Assembly (NCBI RefSeq): GCF_018350175.1
Contig: NC_058368.1
Coordinates: 205,098,001 to 205,162,000 of the forward strand
Direction: 5' to 3'
From: Felis catus
Lineage: Eukaryota
DNA: 64,000 nucleotides
Shown: positions 1 through 11,025 of the stretch, one piece after another
Position numbering within the stretch: the first letter of the stretch is position 1
Layout of the letters: every line of letters begins with the position of its first letter
Notes under the pieces: model-generated
Told to the model about the DNA's origin: nothing
Database searches by the model: none
The model's input: only the letters and a program-made list of their open reading frames with translations
Position numbers and translations under genes: made by a program

Positions 1-9
1 CTCAACGTC

Positions 10-120
10 ATCATTTTATTTCTAAACTGGGCATAACAACATTGCTCACAGAATTGTTATGTGGATAAGATAGCATATTCAAAATGCTTAGCACCGTGTC
101 CCATACAAAGCTCACAGTGA
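10..120 (+). mobile_element. MIR SINE fragment (3' half)
   Basis: Degenerate match to the MIR 3' region (ctaaactgggcataacaac...cacagaattgttatg...aatgcttagcaccgtgtcccataca). Confidence 0.55.
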
Positions 121-512
121 CACACAGAAATGCAGTCACTAGAGTGACTATAACAGTTCTTATGTGACAGGAACACTTACAGTGTAGCTTCAACTTTCAT
201 TTGCCCCTTATATACAAATATTCACTCTCATCTATAATCTTGTATTCAAAATTCTATTTTCTCATATATAATCTTTATTGTTTTTAACGAATGATTCATC
301 CTCTGCTCCAGATGAGAAAGAACCCTGTGGAAAGAGAAAAGCAAGAAGTATTTCCTTCCACATTGACCGTGTAGGGGTAGTGGTGAAATTTATTCCTTTG
401 TGCAAATGTCAGGAAAATAGAGAAGGCTCTGTCCTTTCTCCCACAGTAGTATTTATATATCCCATTTAAGTTTCTAGGGTGCTTTCACATTTGTCATTTC
501 TCTGAACCCTAC

Positions 513-966
513 TGTTATGGATCAAATTGTGTCCCAGCTCCAAATTCTTACGTTAAAGTCTAAAACCCCAATACCTCAGAATGTGATATTATTTGGAAAT
601 CGAGTCATGCATATATAATTAGTATGGTGACATGATTCTGGAGTAGAGTGGGCCCCTAATCCAAGATGACCAGAGTCCTTATGAGAAGGGGAAATCTGGA
701 CACAGATGCACACACTGGGAGAACATCATGTGAGCATGAAATCATGGGTAATGCAGAAGTCAAGGAACACCAAAGATGGCCAACAAACTACCAGATGCTA
801 CAGAGAAGCATGGAACAGATTCCTCTTTGCACCTCAGAGGAAGCATGGCCTTGTTGACACCCTGACATCAGATTTCTAGCCTGAAGAACTATGAGATGAT
901 AAATTCCCATTGTTTTAAGCCACTCAGTTTGTGGTAGTCTGTTATGGCAACTAGCAAATTAATATA
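513..966 (+). mobile_element. ERVL-MaLR solo LTR (MLT1C-like)
   Basis: Starts TGTTATGG...TTGTGTCCC. Contains typical MLT1 motifs (ACCTCAGAATGTGA, GGGCCCCTAATCC, GTTTTAAGCCACTCAGTTTGTGGTA). Near-perfect 5-bp TSD CCTAC (508-512) / CCTGC (967-971). Confidence 0.85.
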
Positions 967-2287
967 CCTGCAAAGATGCTATGAGACAGAGCAGATGGTG
1001 ACTCTCAAGCTGGCTAGGGTCTGGTGGATGGGACCAGGCAAGGTGAGAGCAATGAGTGGTGCCAGGCATGTCATGGGACCAGGTTGGATCCTTATGCAGC
1101 ACCTCTGTTTCCTTCTCTGCTCACGTCTGGCAAGGAAGGGACTAGGAGGTTAGATTAGAAAAGGAGGTTTGAGTTAGCCTCTGAAAAGCCTGAAAGTACG
1201 GGTAGCTACATCCCCATTTGCTGAAGGTCCATCTTACTATAAGGGAGGGGAGTTCTACAGGGATGTTAAAGAGTGGAAGGTTTCTTGCTCCCAGCCCAAC
1301 CAGCCTGGTTTTGAGTTTGTAGAATTTTCCATCTAACACAATTTCCCAGTACACTGGATCCTCATTCTCAACCAACACACTCCCTGTTGCTTTTAATCCA
1401 CAGGCCAGAACAAATCATAATCATGCTTTTAAAGGCAAGAGGGTAAGTTTACCCATAACCATACCAATAGGTATAGAACATATGCCGGCACTGTCTTATT
1501 TTCTACTTCCGAGGCTTTTCCTCTTTAATTGTGAATTTATCACTGTTTAATTGATAACTAAATTGCCTGGAAGTCTGATATCAAGATAAGTAAGGTTTTA
1601 TTTTAATCAGAAAATAATTCCTTTCAAATTTACCATCTGAAAAGCATGCAGGTCTTATCCCTTGGGAGCTAATTATGGTACCTTCATGATGATGAGAATG
1701 GCAGCTCAGCTTGACCCAGGAAACAGATCATGCCCTAGGTAATATAGACCATTTTTTTCCTCTATACAGACACTACATTCCCACAATGCTAACTACTTTT
1801 TCCCACAATACCAATGTGAAGACACCTGAAGATACCAGACAATCTGAAGACACCTTGTTTTCTCAATGCCTTCTTCACAGGCTTCATCTATACATCTCCA
1901 TCTACCCTCCTCTTTGTCTTTCTGAAAAAATGCCCATTTATCTTTTTATCAGCTGGATCATTTCTTTTTTTCTGTGAAGCTTCCCCTGATCCACCCCTTC
2001 ATCCCCCTCCTCCACCCTTACTCCCTAGACAGGCAAGACTGAGGGACTCTTTCTAGCCTCTCATATCACCAAGGAAAGAAATGGAAGCCGGGCAGATCTG
2101 GCCATGGAAGATCTGTAAGAGACCATGTCAAGGGTTTGCAGAGCGCTGAAGTATGTTAGGCTCAGTGAGGGTAGAGACTGGGAGACTTCTGTGGTGGTAG
2201 CATTTAGGACAGGGAGCAGATGAGGTGACAGAAAAGGAAAAGTGAGTCTAACATGACTCTGAGATTTTGATCCTGGCTGACTTAGGG

Positions 2288-2504
2288 CAGGTGTCACAAA
2301 CTTGTTCTGTAAAGGTTCAGATACTAAATATTTTAGGCTCTGTGGGCCATAGAGTTTCTGTCACAACTACTCAACTCTGCCACTGTGGAACAAACACAGC
2401 CACAGACAATATATCGATGAAGTGTGACTATGTTGCAATAAAATTTAATTTACACAAACAGGTGGTAGATCAAATTCGGCTTGTGGGCTATTGTTGCAAA
2501 CCCA
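2288..2504 (+). mobile_element. hAT-Charlie DNA transposon MITE (MER58A-like)
   Basis: Matches the recalled MER58A consensus (caaact..ttctgtaaagg..taaatattttaggct..tctgtcacaactactcaactctgcc..caataaaatttaatttaca). Confidence 0.8.
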
Positions 2505-2949
2505 ATTGAGAGGATGGGGGTTTCGTTATCACAAATAGAGGCTCTAAGTGCTAAAGCCTGCAGATGAGGACAAACTGGCAGAGGTAGGGACTCAGCTGAA
2601 TTTGGATGAGCCGAGTCTGAGATGCCGGCATGATTTCAATATCAAAGGGTCCAGTTTGGAACAGACAACTGAAAAAATCAAGATGGACACAAGGTTGACG
2701 TATTAGTTTTACTTTAAAATAATTTCTATAGGAGATAATGTGTATGAAGCATTTAAAAGATATGAAGTTATGCTTGTTACAGTTTCCAGAATTCAACTTT
2801 CATGTGCAAGTCATTTGAAGAAGGCCTGCAGTTTGAGACTAGCAAATAAGGAGTCAGGGGGCCCCCTTAATGTCACTGATTGGTCAACATAGGACTCTAA
2901 AATAGTAAGTCTGCTGTGGCAACTTGAAAACAAGCCAAATAAAAAACAA

Positions 2950-3260
2950 AACCTGCTCTTTCCCCTGTTTCCTCTATCCTCCTTAACAGTAACCTAAGCT
3001 AGGGTCATAGGGATTATCTGAAATTTCTTATTCTCCTTTAGAATACTCCTTCTATTCATTTCGCTTACTTCATATTTTTAGTATTTCAGATGCTGATCTT
3101 TCCTCTTCATTGCCGCTGCCTTACTTTTAGGCTCCCATTAGTTTTTGCCTGAATCACTACAATAATCATTCTCCTAATCCTTGACCTTACTACTACTAAT
3201 ATTATTATAATATTATTAAATACTAATAATCCCTATACTAACACTCACTCTTGCATTCTC
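2950..3260 (+). mobile_element. L2 LINE fragment (highly degenerate)
   Basis: Pyrimidine-rich stretch with L2-like motif (aggctcccattagtttttgcctgaatcactacaataatc). Confidence 0.4.
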
Positions 3261-3279
3261 TGTGCTGGGTTTACCATTG

Positions 3280-3939
3280 ATTTCAGAGATGCACTTGAAG
3301 AATGTGTGTTTCCCTTCTCTATAAGACGCTATTGGTCCAAAGAATCTGCTTCCAAAGGGAGAAGGCTTTCATGAGGGAAAATAACTGGTTCTTCCTGGTC
3401 ACTTTTGCTCCCTTGTATCAAGACCAGAAGTTAGGCAAGGAAGAAGCACCGTCCCAACAGAAATAATTGACCCTAATGACCAGGAGACAGTAGGGATGTT
3501 TGTTACACACTGGTAACAGGGAGAATATATTTGGCACTCAGATGATTCACTGTGGTGTCTCTTGCTTCTCTCCTAATTTTGATAATCAATGGACAAATGC
3601 AGAAGCAGGCTTGTCCAATTGTGACAATAAATGGACAAGTACAGAAGCTGCACTTCTAAACTTAAGGATGAGAGTCAGGGTCACCCCCTCAGGTAATCCC
3701 CTTAGACTAGCAGAGGTACTAGACTAGCAGAGAATAAGAATAATCTAGAATGGGTAGTCAAACAAAAAGATGATAAGAATTAGTTGCAACTCTGAGACTA
3801 GCTATAATCATGGAGACTCCAGTTTTATTCTGCTAACTTTTCTTATATTAAGTCTTCCTGGAAAAGAGACGAACCAGAATCCTGGAAGAGTTCTCAGTGG
3901 GGATGAAGCAAGCAGATCTGAGTGATGTAGGGGGTGAAC
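3280..3939 (+). mobile_element. ERVL internal 3' remnant (ERV3-16A3/ERVL-E-int-like) ending in a polypurine tract
   Basis: ERVL-int 3' motifs (tgggtcacccc..ccccttagactagcagaggt..aatctagaatgggtagt). Purine tract GTAGGGGGTGAAC lies directly before the downstream LTR. Confidence 0.6.
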
Positions 3940-4300
3940 TCTAGTGGATGCTGAGGTGCACAGCCTAGGTCCCCTCTGCAGGACCAAGGCCCCCACACTC
4001 CTGCCTGACAGGAGTGTTGCCTGTTGACTGCTCCAAGCTGGGGCCTTCCTCAGGGTATAAAACCTAGCCCCTGTTTTAGTTTGGGATATAGCTAAAGAAC
4101 TAAACCAGCCCAAGGGCTCCTGTGGGAGTGGCTGATGCCTCTGTTGCAAACTCATCAGTTCAACTTCTTCCCCTGCCCAGTCCTGCTTCCCTTACTCCCT
4201 TATGAGTACTGTTCCTGAAGACACTCCACAATAAGCCACCCACCACCCACTTGCAAATCCCATCCCAGCGTCTCTTCCCCTGGGGTCCCAACCTATAACA
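3940..4300 (+). mobile_element. ERVL LTR (LTR16A-like), 3' LTR of the proviral remnant
   Basis: TCTAGTGGATGCTG start. LTR16-type 3' portion (ccctgcccagtcctgcttccct..ctccacaataa..cccaacctataaca) ending in CA. Confidence 0.75.
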
Positions 4301-4974
4301 TCAATATTACAACATTTTCCAAGTGGGTAGGTACCATTTCAAGTCTTAGAATTAAGTACGCACATTTTTTATTAATAAAAACTGTGTTCTTGATTCTTTC
4401 AAAGTTCAGAAACCTATAATGCTTCCTATCTACGGCAGCCTCTCTGCTCACAGGCCCAACTAGTTCAGTCACTGTTCATGGCTTCTACTCAGGCACATCA
4501 TTTAAATTCTTTGGCCTCATTTTAAGCCAGCCAGGAAATTGAGCCCAAACTCTAGCCTGGAGACCTTTGAAAATCATGTTAGAGCCATATTAATTCAATT
4601 TCTATTACTTTGGTTATATTTTATGATATATTTAAAACTGTCACTTTTTAATCATCCTGATTTTCATTGTTAAAAGATGAATGATGTACTCTAACCTGAT
4701 TCAATCAGCTGGACCCAATATGTGAGATGAAAGCCATGTAATGTTGAAAACGCTGCTGACCAAATAAAATTTTCCAGGATACAAAACAAGTAGATTAAGG
4801 AGGTCAATATTTTGCTTCATGGTCACTTTACTGCAATCGTCAGTGATGAAGATAAATGTAGTCTGAAATTGTGTCCATGTTACGTAGTCAGTCAATACAT
4901 CCTAATATGGAGGAAGTGCACTTATAAGGTGAATATGACCTTTGGCATTTGATGGTATTTCAAAGTACTTCCAA

Positions 4975-5152
4975 GTAAGACTATTTAATTTGTGGAACTC
5001 AGTGCAAAATGAAAACACAGGGCTCTTGTTGAAGAATTCTCAAGAATCTTTAAGATAACGACAGTAGAGCATTAAAACCAGCACAAAGCCCTTCTAAGCC
5101 AGGGGCTCTGTGCAGATGCAGAGGTCTCATGTCCATGAAGCCAGCTCGGGCC
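4975..5152 (-). mobile_element. hAT-Tip100 DNA transposon (MER45A-like)
   Basis: Reverse complement resembles recalled MER45A (ggcttcatggac..ctgcacagagcccc..tttaatgctct..ttttcattttgcactg). Confidence 0.75.
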
Positions 5153-5311
5153 CTAACCTTATGATTCACTTAATTTGTTCTAGAATTTTATTTGATATTT
5201 GACAAAGCAAACACGTACTGGAAGGGAGAATATAACCGTAACCAAGAAAGGAGGTAAGCACATTTTATCATATTATTGTCTAAATAACTGCTATGGAAAA
5301 TAGCATTGTAT

Positions 5312-5517
5312 TTTTAAAAATTTATTTATTGATTCTGAAAGAAAGACAGAGAGAGTAGCAGGGAGGGGCAGAGAGAGAGGGAGAGAGAAAATCCCAAGCA
5401 GGCTCCATGCTGTCAGCACAGAGCCCAGTGTGGGCTTGAATCCACTAACTGTGAGATCATGACCTGAGCCGAAATCAAGAGTCAGATGCTTAACTGACTG
5501 AGCCAGCTAGGCACCCC
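5312..5517 (-). mobile_element. Can-SINE (older SINEC_Fc-type)
   Basis: Reverse complement of GGGGTGCCTAGCTGGCTCAGTCAGTTAAGC head, (CT)n region and A-rich tail. Confidence 0.9.
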
Positions 5518-5761
5518 ATAACATTATAATATTTTTTAAAAATGTTTCATTTAATATTTTTAACTGTTAATTACTCAAAATCTCAAAAATCGAATTAGTA
5601 ATACGTTTCATGGATATGTAGGATTTTAAGGTTTAAAAGGCAATTGGTCTGCAGATACTTACTTTGGAGAAGGAAGAAATTATCAAATGTTTCCTTTTAT
5701 GTAAATGAGCCTATGAAATGAGCCTATATTGTACTTTCTACTGAGAAAAAATTATTTAGGA

Positions 5762-6710
5762 AATATTTGTCTTTCTGTGTCTGGGTTATTTCATTTCACT
5801 TAGCATAATGTCCTCCAGTTTCATCCATTTTGTTGCAAAGGGCAAGACATCCTTTTTTGTTGAGAGATTTTATCATGAATGGATGTTGAATTTTTTCAAA
5901 TGCTTTTTCTGCATCTATTAAAATGATCATATGATTTTAATTCTTCATTTTGTTTATGTGGTATATCACTTTTACTGATTTGTCTATGTTGAACCATCCT
6001 TGCTTCTCAAGAATAAATCCCAATCGGTCATGTGTATAACTCTTTCTAATGTGCTGTTGCATTCAGTTTGCTATTATTTTGTTGAGAATTTTTACATCAG
6101 GGATGCTGGCCTATAGTCTTTTTTCTTGTGGTGCATTTGTATGGTTTTGGTATCTGGTGATGTTGATCTGACAAAATAAGTTTGGAAATATTCCCTCTTC
6201 TATTGTTTGGAAGAGTTTAAAAAGGATTCTTTTTTAAATGTTTGGATTAATTCACCTGTGAAAGCCTCTAGTCCTGAAATTTTCTTTTTAGGAGGTTTTG
6301 ATTACCGATTCAATCTCCTTATTTGTTACTGATCTGTTCAGGCTTTCTATTTCTTCTTTGGTCAGTCCAGATGGATATATGCTTCTGGAATTCATCCATT
6401 TCTTCTAAAGTGTCCAATTTATTTGTGTGTCATTGTTCATAATAGTCCTTTATGATCATTTTTATTTCTGTGGCATCAGTTATAATCTCTCCTCTCTCAT
6501 TTCTGATTTTCTTTAAGTCTTTTCTGTTATTTTCTTGATCAGTCTAGGTAAGGGCTTATTGACATTGCTTTTAGTTTCATTACTTTTAGTTTCACAGATT
6601 TTTTCTATTGTTTTTGTTTTTGTTGTTGTTGTTGTTGTTGTTCTCTATTTCATTTATTGCTGTTCTAATCTTTGTTATCACCTTCCTTATGCTAACTTTG
6701 GGCAAGTTTT
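5762..6710 (-). mobile_element. L1 fragment: 3'UTR piece (5762-5860) fused to ORF2 RT-region piece (5861-6710)
   Basis: Both pieces are homologous to parts of the full-length L1 in this window (about 20820-20905 and 23095-23960). Confidence 0.85.
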
Positions 6711-7662
6711 GGAGTTTCTTGGAAGGAAGGGACAAACAGAAAAAAATTACTTGAAGGTGATTTATACAGTGGGAAATTAGTGGCATATGAATTATATGCT
6801 CTTTGGAGGGTGAGGCCATTTGTAATTTGTGAAAACCCAGGCAATTTGTGCTGTTGGTTCCTTAAAATAGTTTTAAAAAGAAAAACTGGCCATATTTAAC
6901 CAAGTATAATCTTCTCTGAGGAAGTACTCCAATCCCACTCTTACCCAGTGACATTTTCTGGCTCTGTTAATGTTTGGGCAGATGAAGAGGGAGTCACAAT
7001 GACACAATAAATTAATACACTTCCAAGAGACTCTTGTGAAATACTAAAGTGTACTTCCAAACCAGAAAAGGCTACTTACACATTATTCATGTTGATAATA
7101 GTATTTAATTTTTGAAACTTTTCTGAGGATCCAGAGGGATACTTTGTGAATTATACCTCATGAAATGAGAAAGATAATTCAGTTCTAATGGTTTTTACAT
7201 GGCCAAGTGATGCATTTTCAAATTTGGCAACAATCTATAAATATTATAATTCTCATGCTTGGATGATGATCAGTAATTAGAAGAAGGGAAGGCAGGAACA
7301 CATGTCTCACTGAGGAGCTTTTCAAATGAGCAGATTCCCCATCTTCTGCCAGAAATTGTGACCACTGTGTCCAGAGAGTTGCATGTCCACATGCAACATG
7401 CATAGTAGATGATTCTCATGCAAATGGCCCACACTCTTAAATACACCAGAAGAAACTCAACCTGCTGTAATCAGTCCAAGGAGTATCTGTTTTGCTTTTC
7501 CATTCACTTTTTAGGTCAGTTAGCATGATTCCATCTTCTTCTTCAGAGCTATTGATTTAGAACATTCATGGGTGTGACCCCAAAAGAGATCATTTAAAAA
7601 TGGTCCTGGGGGATTATAATAATCCATTGGTTTCCTACTGGATTTGGTATCCAGTGCCCCAG

Positions 7663-7830
7663 AGCAGTGTTTGTCAAAGTTGATTCAAGAATCACTTGTA
7701 TCAGCACCACCTTTGAGCTAGATAAAATGTAGATTTGGGGGCTCTATCTTTAGGCTCATGTACTCTGAGTTGAGACCTATAAAAAATAATTTTTAACTAG
7801 CTCTGTCCCTGATGTCTGAGAATATCCCGG
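7663..7830. mobile_element. MER5-like hAT fossil
   Basis: cagtgtttgtcaaagt..tgtatcagcaccacct..taaaatgtagatt motif. Confidence 0.5.
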
Positions 7831-8369
7831 TAAACAGTTTGTTCCTGGTAAAGCAACAAAGGATCAAAACTACAGTAAAAATAGTTACAGGACTGGTTGT
7901 CCTACCAGGCATGTCAAAGATTCAGATCAGACAGAGCATGAAAACCAGCAGGATGCCAGCTTCACATTAGGTGGGTGTAAGAGAAATGGGCATACTCAAT
8001 AGTCTATAATTAAAGAATAAGGGGGAAATGGTGAGAATCAGCAAGAGGCATTCACAAGAGGACACAGAGGTCTCTCTGGGGAGTTCTAAGGACTGCAGTC
8101 TGAGCAGAAGGATGAATTCAAGAACTGCAGCGCTCACTTTCAGAGTTAGAGTTTAGTCATAGGATAATGAGATGATTTTTTTTATTAACAGGTTTTACTT
8201 TCAGAAAAAAATTGAAAGTTTTACATTGGAAGTGTCCCCTACATTTTATGTTCAAATAGGAGGAAAAGTAATTATCTAGATCAAATTAAATAAACATAGA
8301 TTTACCAGTTATAGAGTGAGCTCCTTTAGGGCAGAAATTGATCATTTTAATTTCCTTTCCTTATTTTCA

Positions 8370-8447
8370 TTTTTAAAAAATTGTATTTAAATTCAAGTTA
8401 GTTAACATATGTAGAATTTAGTGATTCATCACTTACATATAACACCT
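8370..8447 (-). mobile_element. Very short carnivore L1 3'-end insertion
   Basis: Matches the L1 3' terminus at 20530-20612 (gttagttaacata...gtgattcatcacttacatataacacc) with a ~20-nt internal gap. Confidence 0.75.
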
Positions 8448-8461
8448 GAGATATCTTCATT

Positions 8462-8980
8462 GTATTATCTTAGGGCTCTTTGGTTTGAAAAATAGTCATT
8501 CAGGCTAACTTAAACAAAAGGAAATTTACTGTAAGAATGCTCATAGAGTGAAAACCAGATGAAATATACAAAAATGCAAGGGCTCAATGCTAGAGATGGA
8601 AGAGGCTCTAAATGCCTATAAACAGAAAACTTAAAGACTGTCACTCTGGTGCCCTGCCATTAGCAACACTCAGCTGCTCTCAACCTGTCTGGAGTGTTCT
8701 AGGTTTTCTGCTTTAAAATGAGTATTTTTTTTCCCTTTGATTTCCATTCAGTTTTTCAAACAGGGAATCTAACTGCCTAAGCCAATTGTTGGTCTTTTTT
8801 TCTCCAAGTTGGCCAACCTACGGATCAGGTTGCCAACATGGGTCTAATTTTTGCCATGGCAGAGGATGGGGACATGGAATTGGGATTCAGGCATATGCAT
8901 CAAAATGACTACTTTGGAAGCAAGGGGTGTGGGGGACACAGATTCCTTTAAAATACAGAAGGTAGGCAGCCGACAGGCAG
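8462..8980 (-). mobile_element. Ancient ERVL-type LTR remnant (LTR33-like)
   Basis: ttagggctctttggtt..caggctaacttaaacaaaaggaaatttact motif. Extent uncertain. Confidence 0.4.
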
Positions 8981-9696
8981 AGTAAACATGTTTGGGACCT
9001 TCCTCTTTTTACGTGAATCACTTAATGTCAGCATTAGTTTTTACCTGGGAACATGATAATTTTTCTTGACCTTTCATGTTGGGGCACATAAGCAAAACAG
9101 GCAGAATGGCCTGGCTAGAAATTCAGGGAAAGGGCTGGAACCCTGATAGCTAGACAGGACACTGTCTGGTGGCTGAGACTTAGGAAGACAGAGCTCATTG
9201 TTTTGGCCTATATTTCAACAAATTTGTATACCGTGGAATTAGGTCTACACAAACAAATTGATAGGTTTCTACCTTACTTTTCATTTCAATCTTTTGTGGA
9301 ATTCAGGTAAGTATGTGTGATTTCAGACTATGCTTCAGTACCTTTCTGCCAACTGCAACACTACTGACTTCGAGATTTCAAATCTTGCTAAAATTACAAT
9401 GACTTCTTTATGGATACATCTCAGGAAATCTATATAATTTTCTCTTCCTCACTTTGGTAGTTGGTTGGAAAAAGTCCAAGATATGCCACAATTTCCATGT
9501 CTCAGTATGACAGATGTTTTTGTTTGTTGGTTTGCTGGTTTGTTTGTTGCTTATATTCTATAGTCATAGTCAATCCTTTTGAGACTTAGCAAAGGTCAAT
9601 TTTATTTAGACTTGTAAAAATGTGAGGCATTACAGTCATTGGTCTTCCCTTATGACAACTAATTTTCCACTTCTTTCATCACAAGAAATCCTAATC

Positions 9697-10463
9697 TGTA
9701 GGGAATAAGTTTAGGAATCCCCTGGGCTTACACCAATGGGGTAACAAGGCATAAAGAAGTACAAAGTCATAGGATGCTCACACCTAAGTGTGGGTAAACA
9801 AGATTAGCACACCAGAATAGGGAGGTGAAAAGGCACCAAGAATAGGGAGGTGCAAAGGCACCCCAGAATAGAGAGGGGGTGCAGAGGCCCCAGAATTGGG
9901 GGGGCAAAGGCCCCCAATACAAAGGTATATGAGGTAAGCAAGATTCAGGGCAAAAACAACCCCCCAATTTAGTACTATAGCAGAAAGCTGCTCTCACAGG
10001 AAGGAAGGACCAAATTAGGTAAGCAGGTAAATAGGGCTATAGACCACACGCTGAGGGGCGTTTGATGCTCCCCAGAGTGGAGCTGACTAACAAAAGAAAA
10101 GATGCCTTGTTAACCCTGAGGTTATTCCCCTTACCTGTCTTATCCCCTAGGCTAGCTAAGATAAACAGACACAGCACCTCCTGTCTGCCTTTAACAACCA
10201 TCTGCCCAGTGCCAGGATTTTGTTTTATATTAACCCAAACCCCAAACACCATATATCTTCAAAAGCCCCCTTTTCCCTCATGCTCATGGTCTCTTTGTGC
10301 ATGCCCATCACGTTTGTAAGCCTTCTGATCCTAATAAAACCGGGGCAAGGACACTTACTCAGGGCTCTTGTCTTCTCCTGGACCTTAGCCATCTCTCACT
10401 TTTCATCCTGCATCCCACTGTTTTGCTGGCCAAAAGAGAACTTCAGACTTAGAGTCTACGACA
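9697..10463 (+). mobile_element. Solo ERV LTR with 6-bp TSD (class II/ERVK-like)
   Basis: TG...CA termini, perfect TSD CTAATC (9691-9696, 10464-10469), TATA-like TTTATATT (~10223), AATAAA (~10333), tandem repeats in U3. Confidence 0.85.
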
Positions 10464-10679
10464 CTAATCCTACATTTTCTGTATGCCTTTGAGAAATATC
10501 AGTGACTGGCTTTCTGAGGCTAAATTAGAAGAATAATTATTAAATTATTAATTAATGTGTATTAATTAAATATATAAATTAATAATGATTAAATTATATC
10601 AAATATTTTCAATAATGAAGAAAGGAAACAATATGGCTAAAAGGGTAAAGGTGAAACATCTAGAAGTAAAAACATTGCA

Positions 10680-10820
10680 TCATATGTCCAGGAACCAGAG
10701 TCTAGTCCCAGCTGTGACATTAACTCTGTCTTCTTGGACAAAGTCACCTAAAACTCTTGAAAAATTAAGGAGTTACATTCGTTCTGTAAACTACACAGTA
10801 TGAGAAGTTATTTTGGGAAT
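10680..10820 (+). mobile_element. MIR fragment
   Basis: tctagtcccagctgtgacattaactctgtcttcttggacaagtcacctaa matches the MIR core. Confidence 0.55.
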
Positions 10821-11025
10821 ATATATGCATATATATGTATGTGTATATATAAAGAGTATGTCTATATGTATATGTGTGTACGTGCATATTTAATATATAT
10901 GTAATGTTATCTAGGTAATATATATTACATATATAAAATACATATGCAATGTATTAAATGTAATGTGTTATATTTAATATATATTACATATGTAATCATA
11001 TATGTAACATATTGTTTATATATAC
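10819..11025. repeat. (TA/TG)-rich degenerate microsatellite / low-complexity tract
   Basis: Alternating TA/TG/CA dinucleotides visible directly. Confidence 0.85.
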
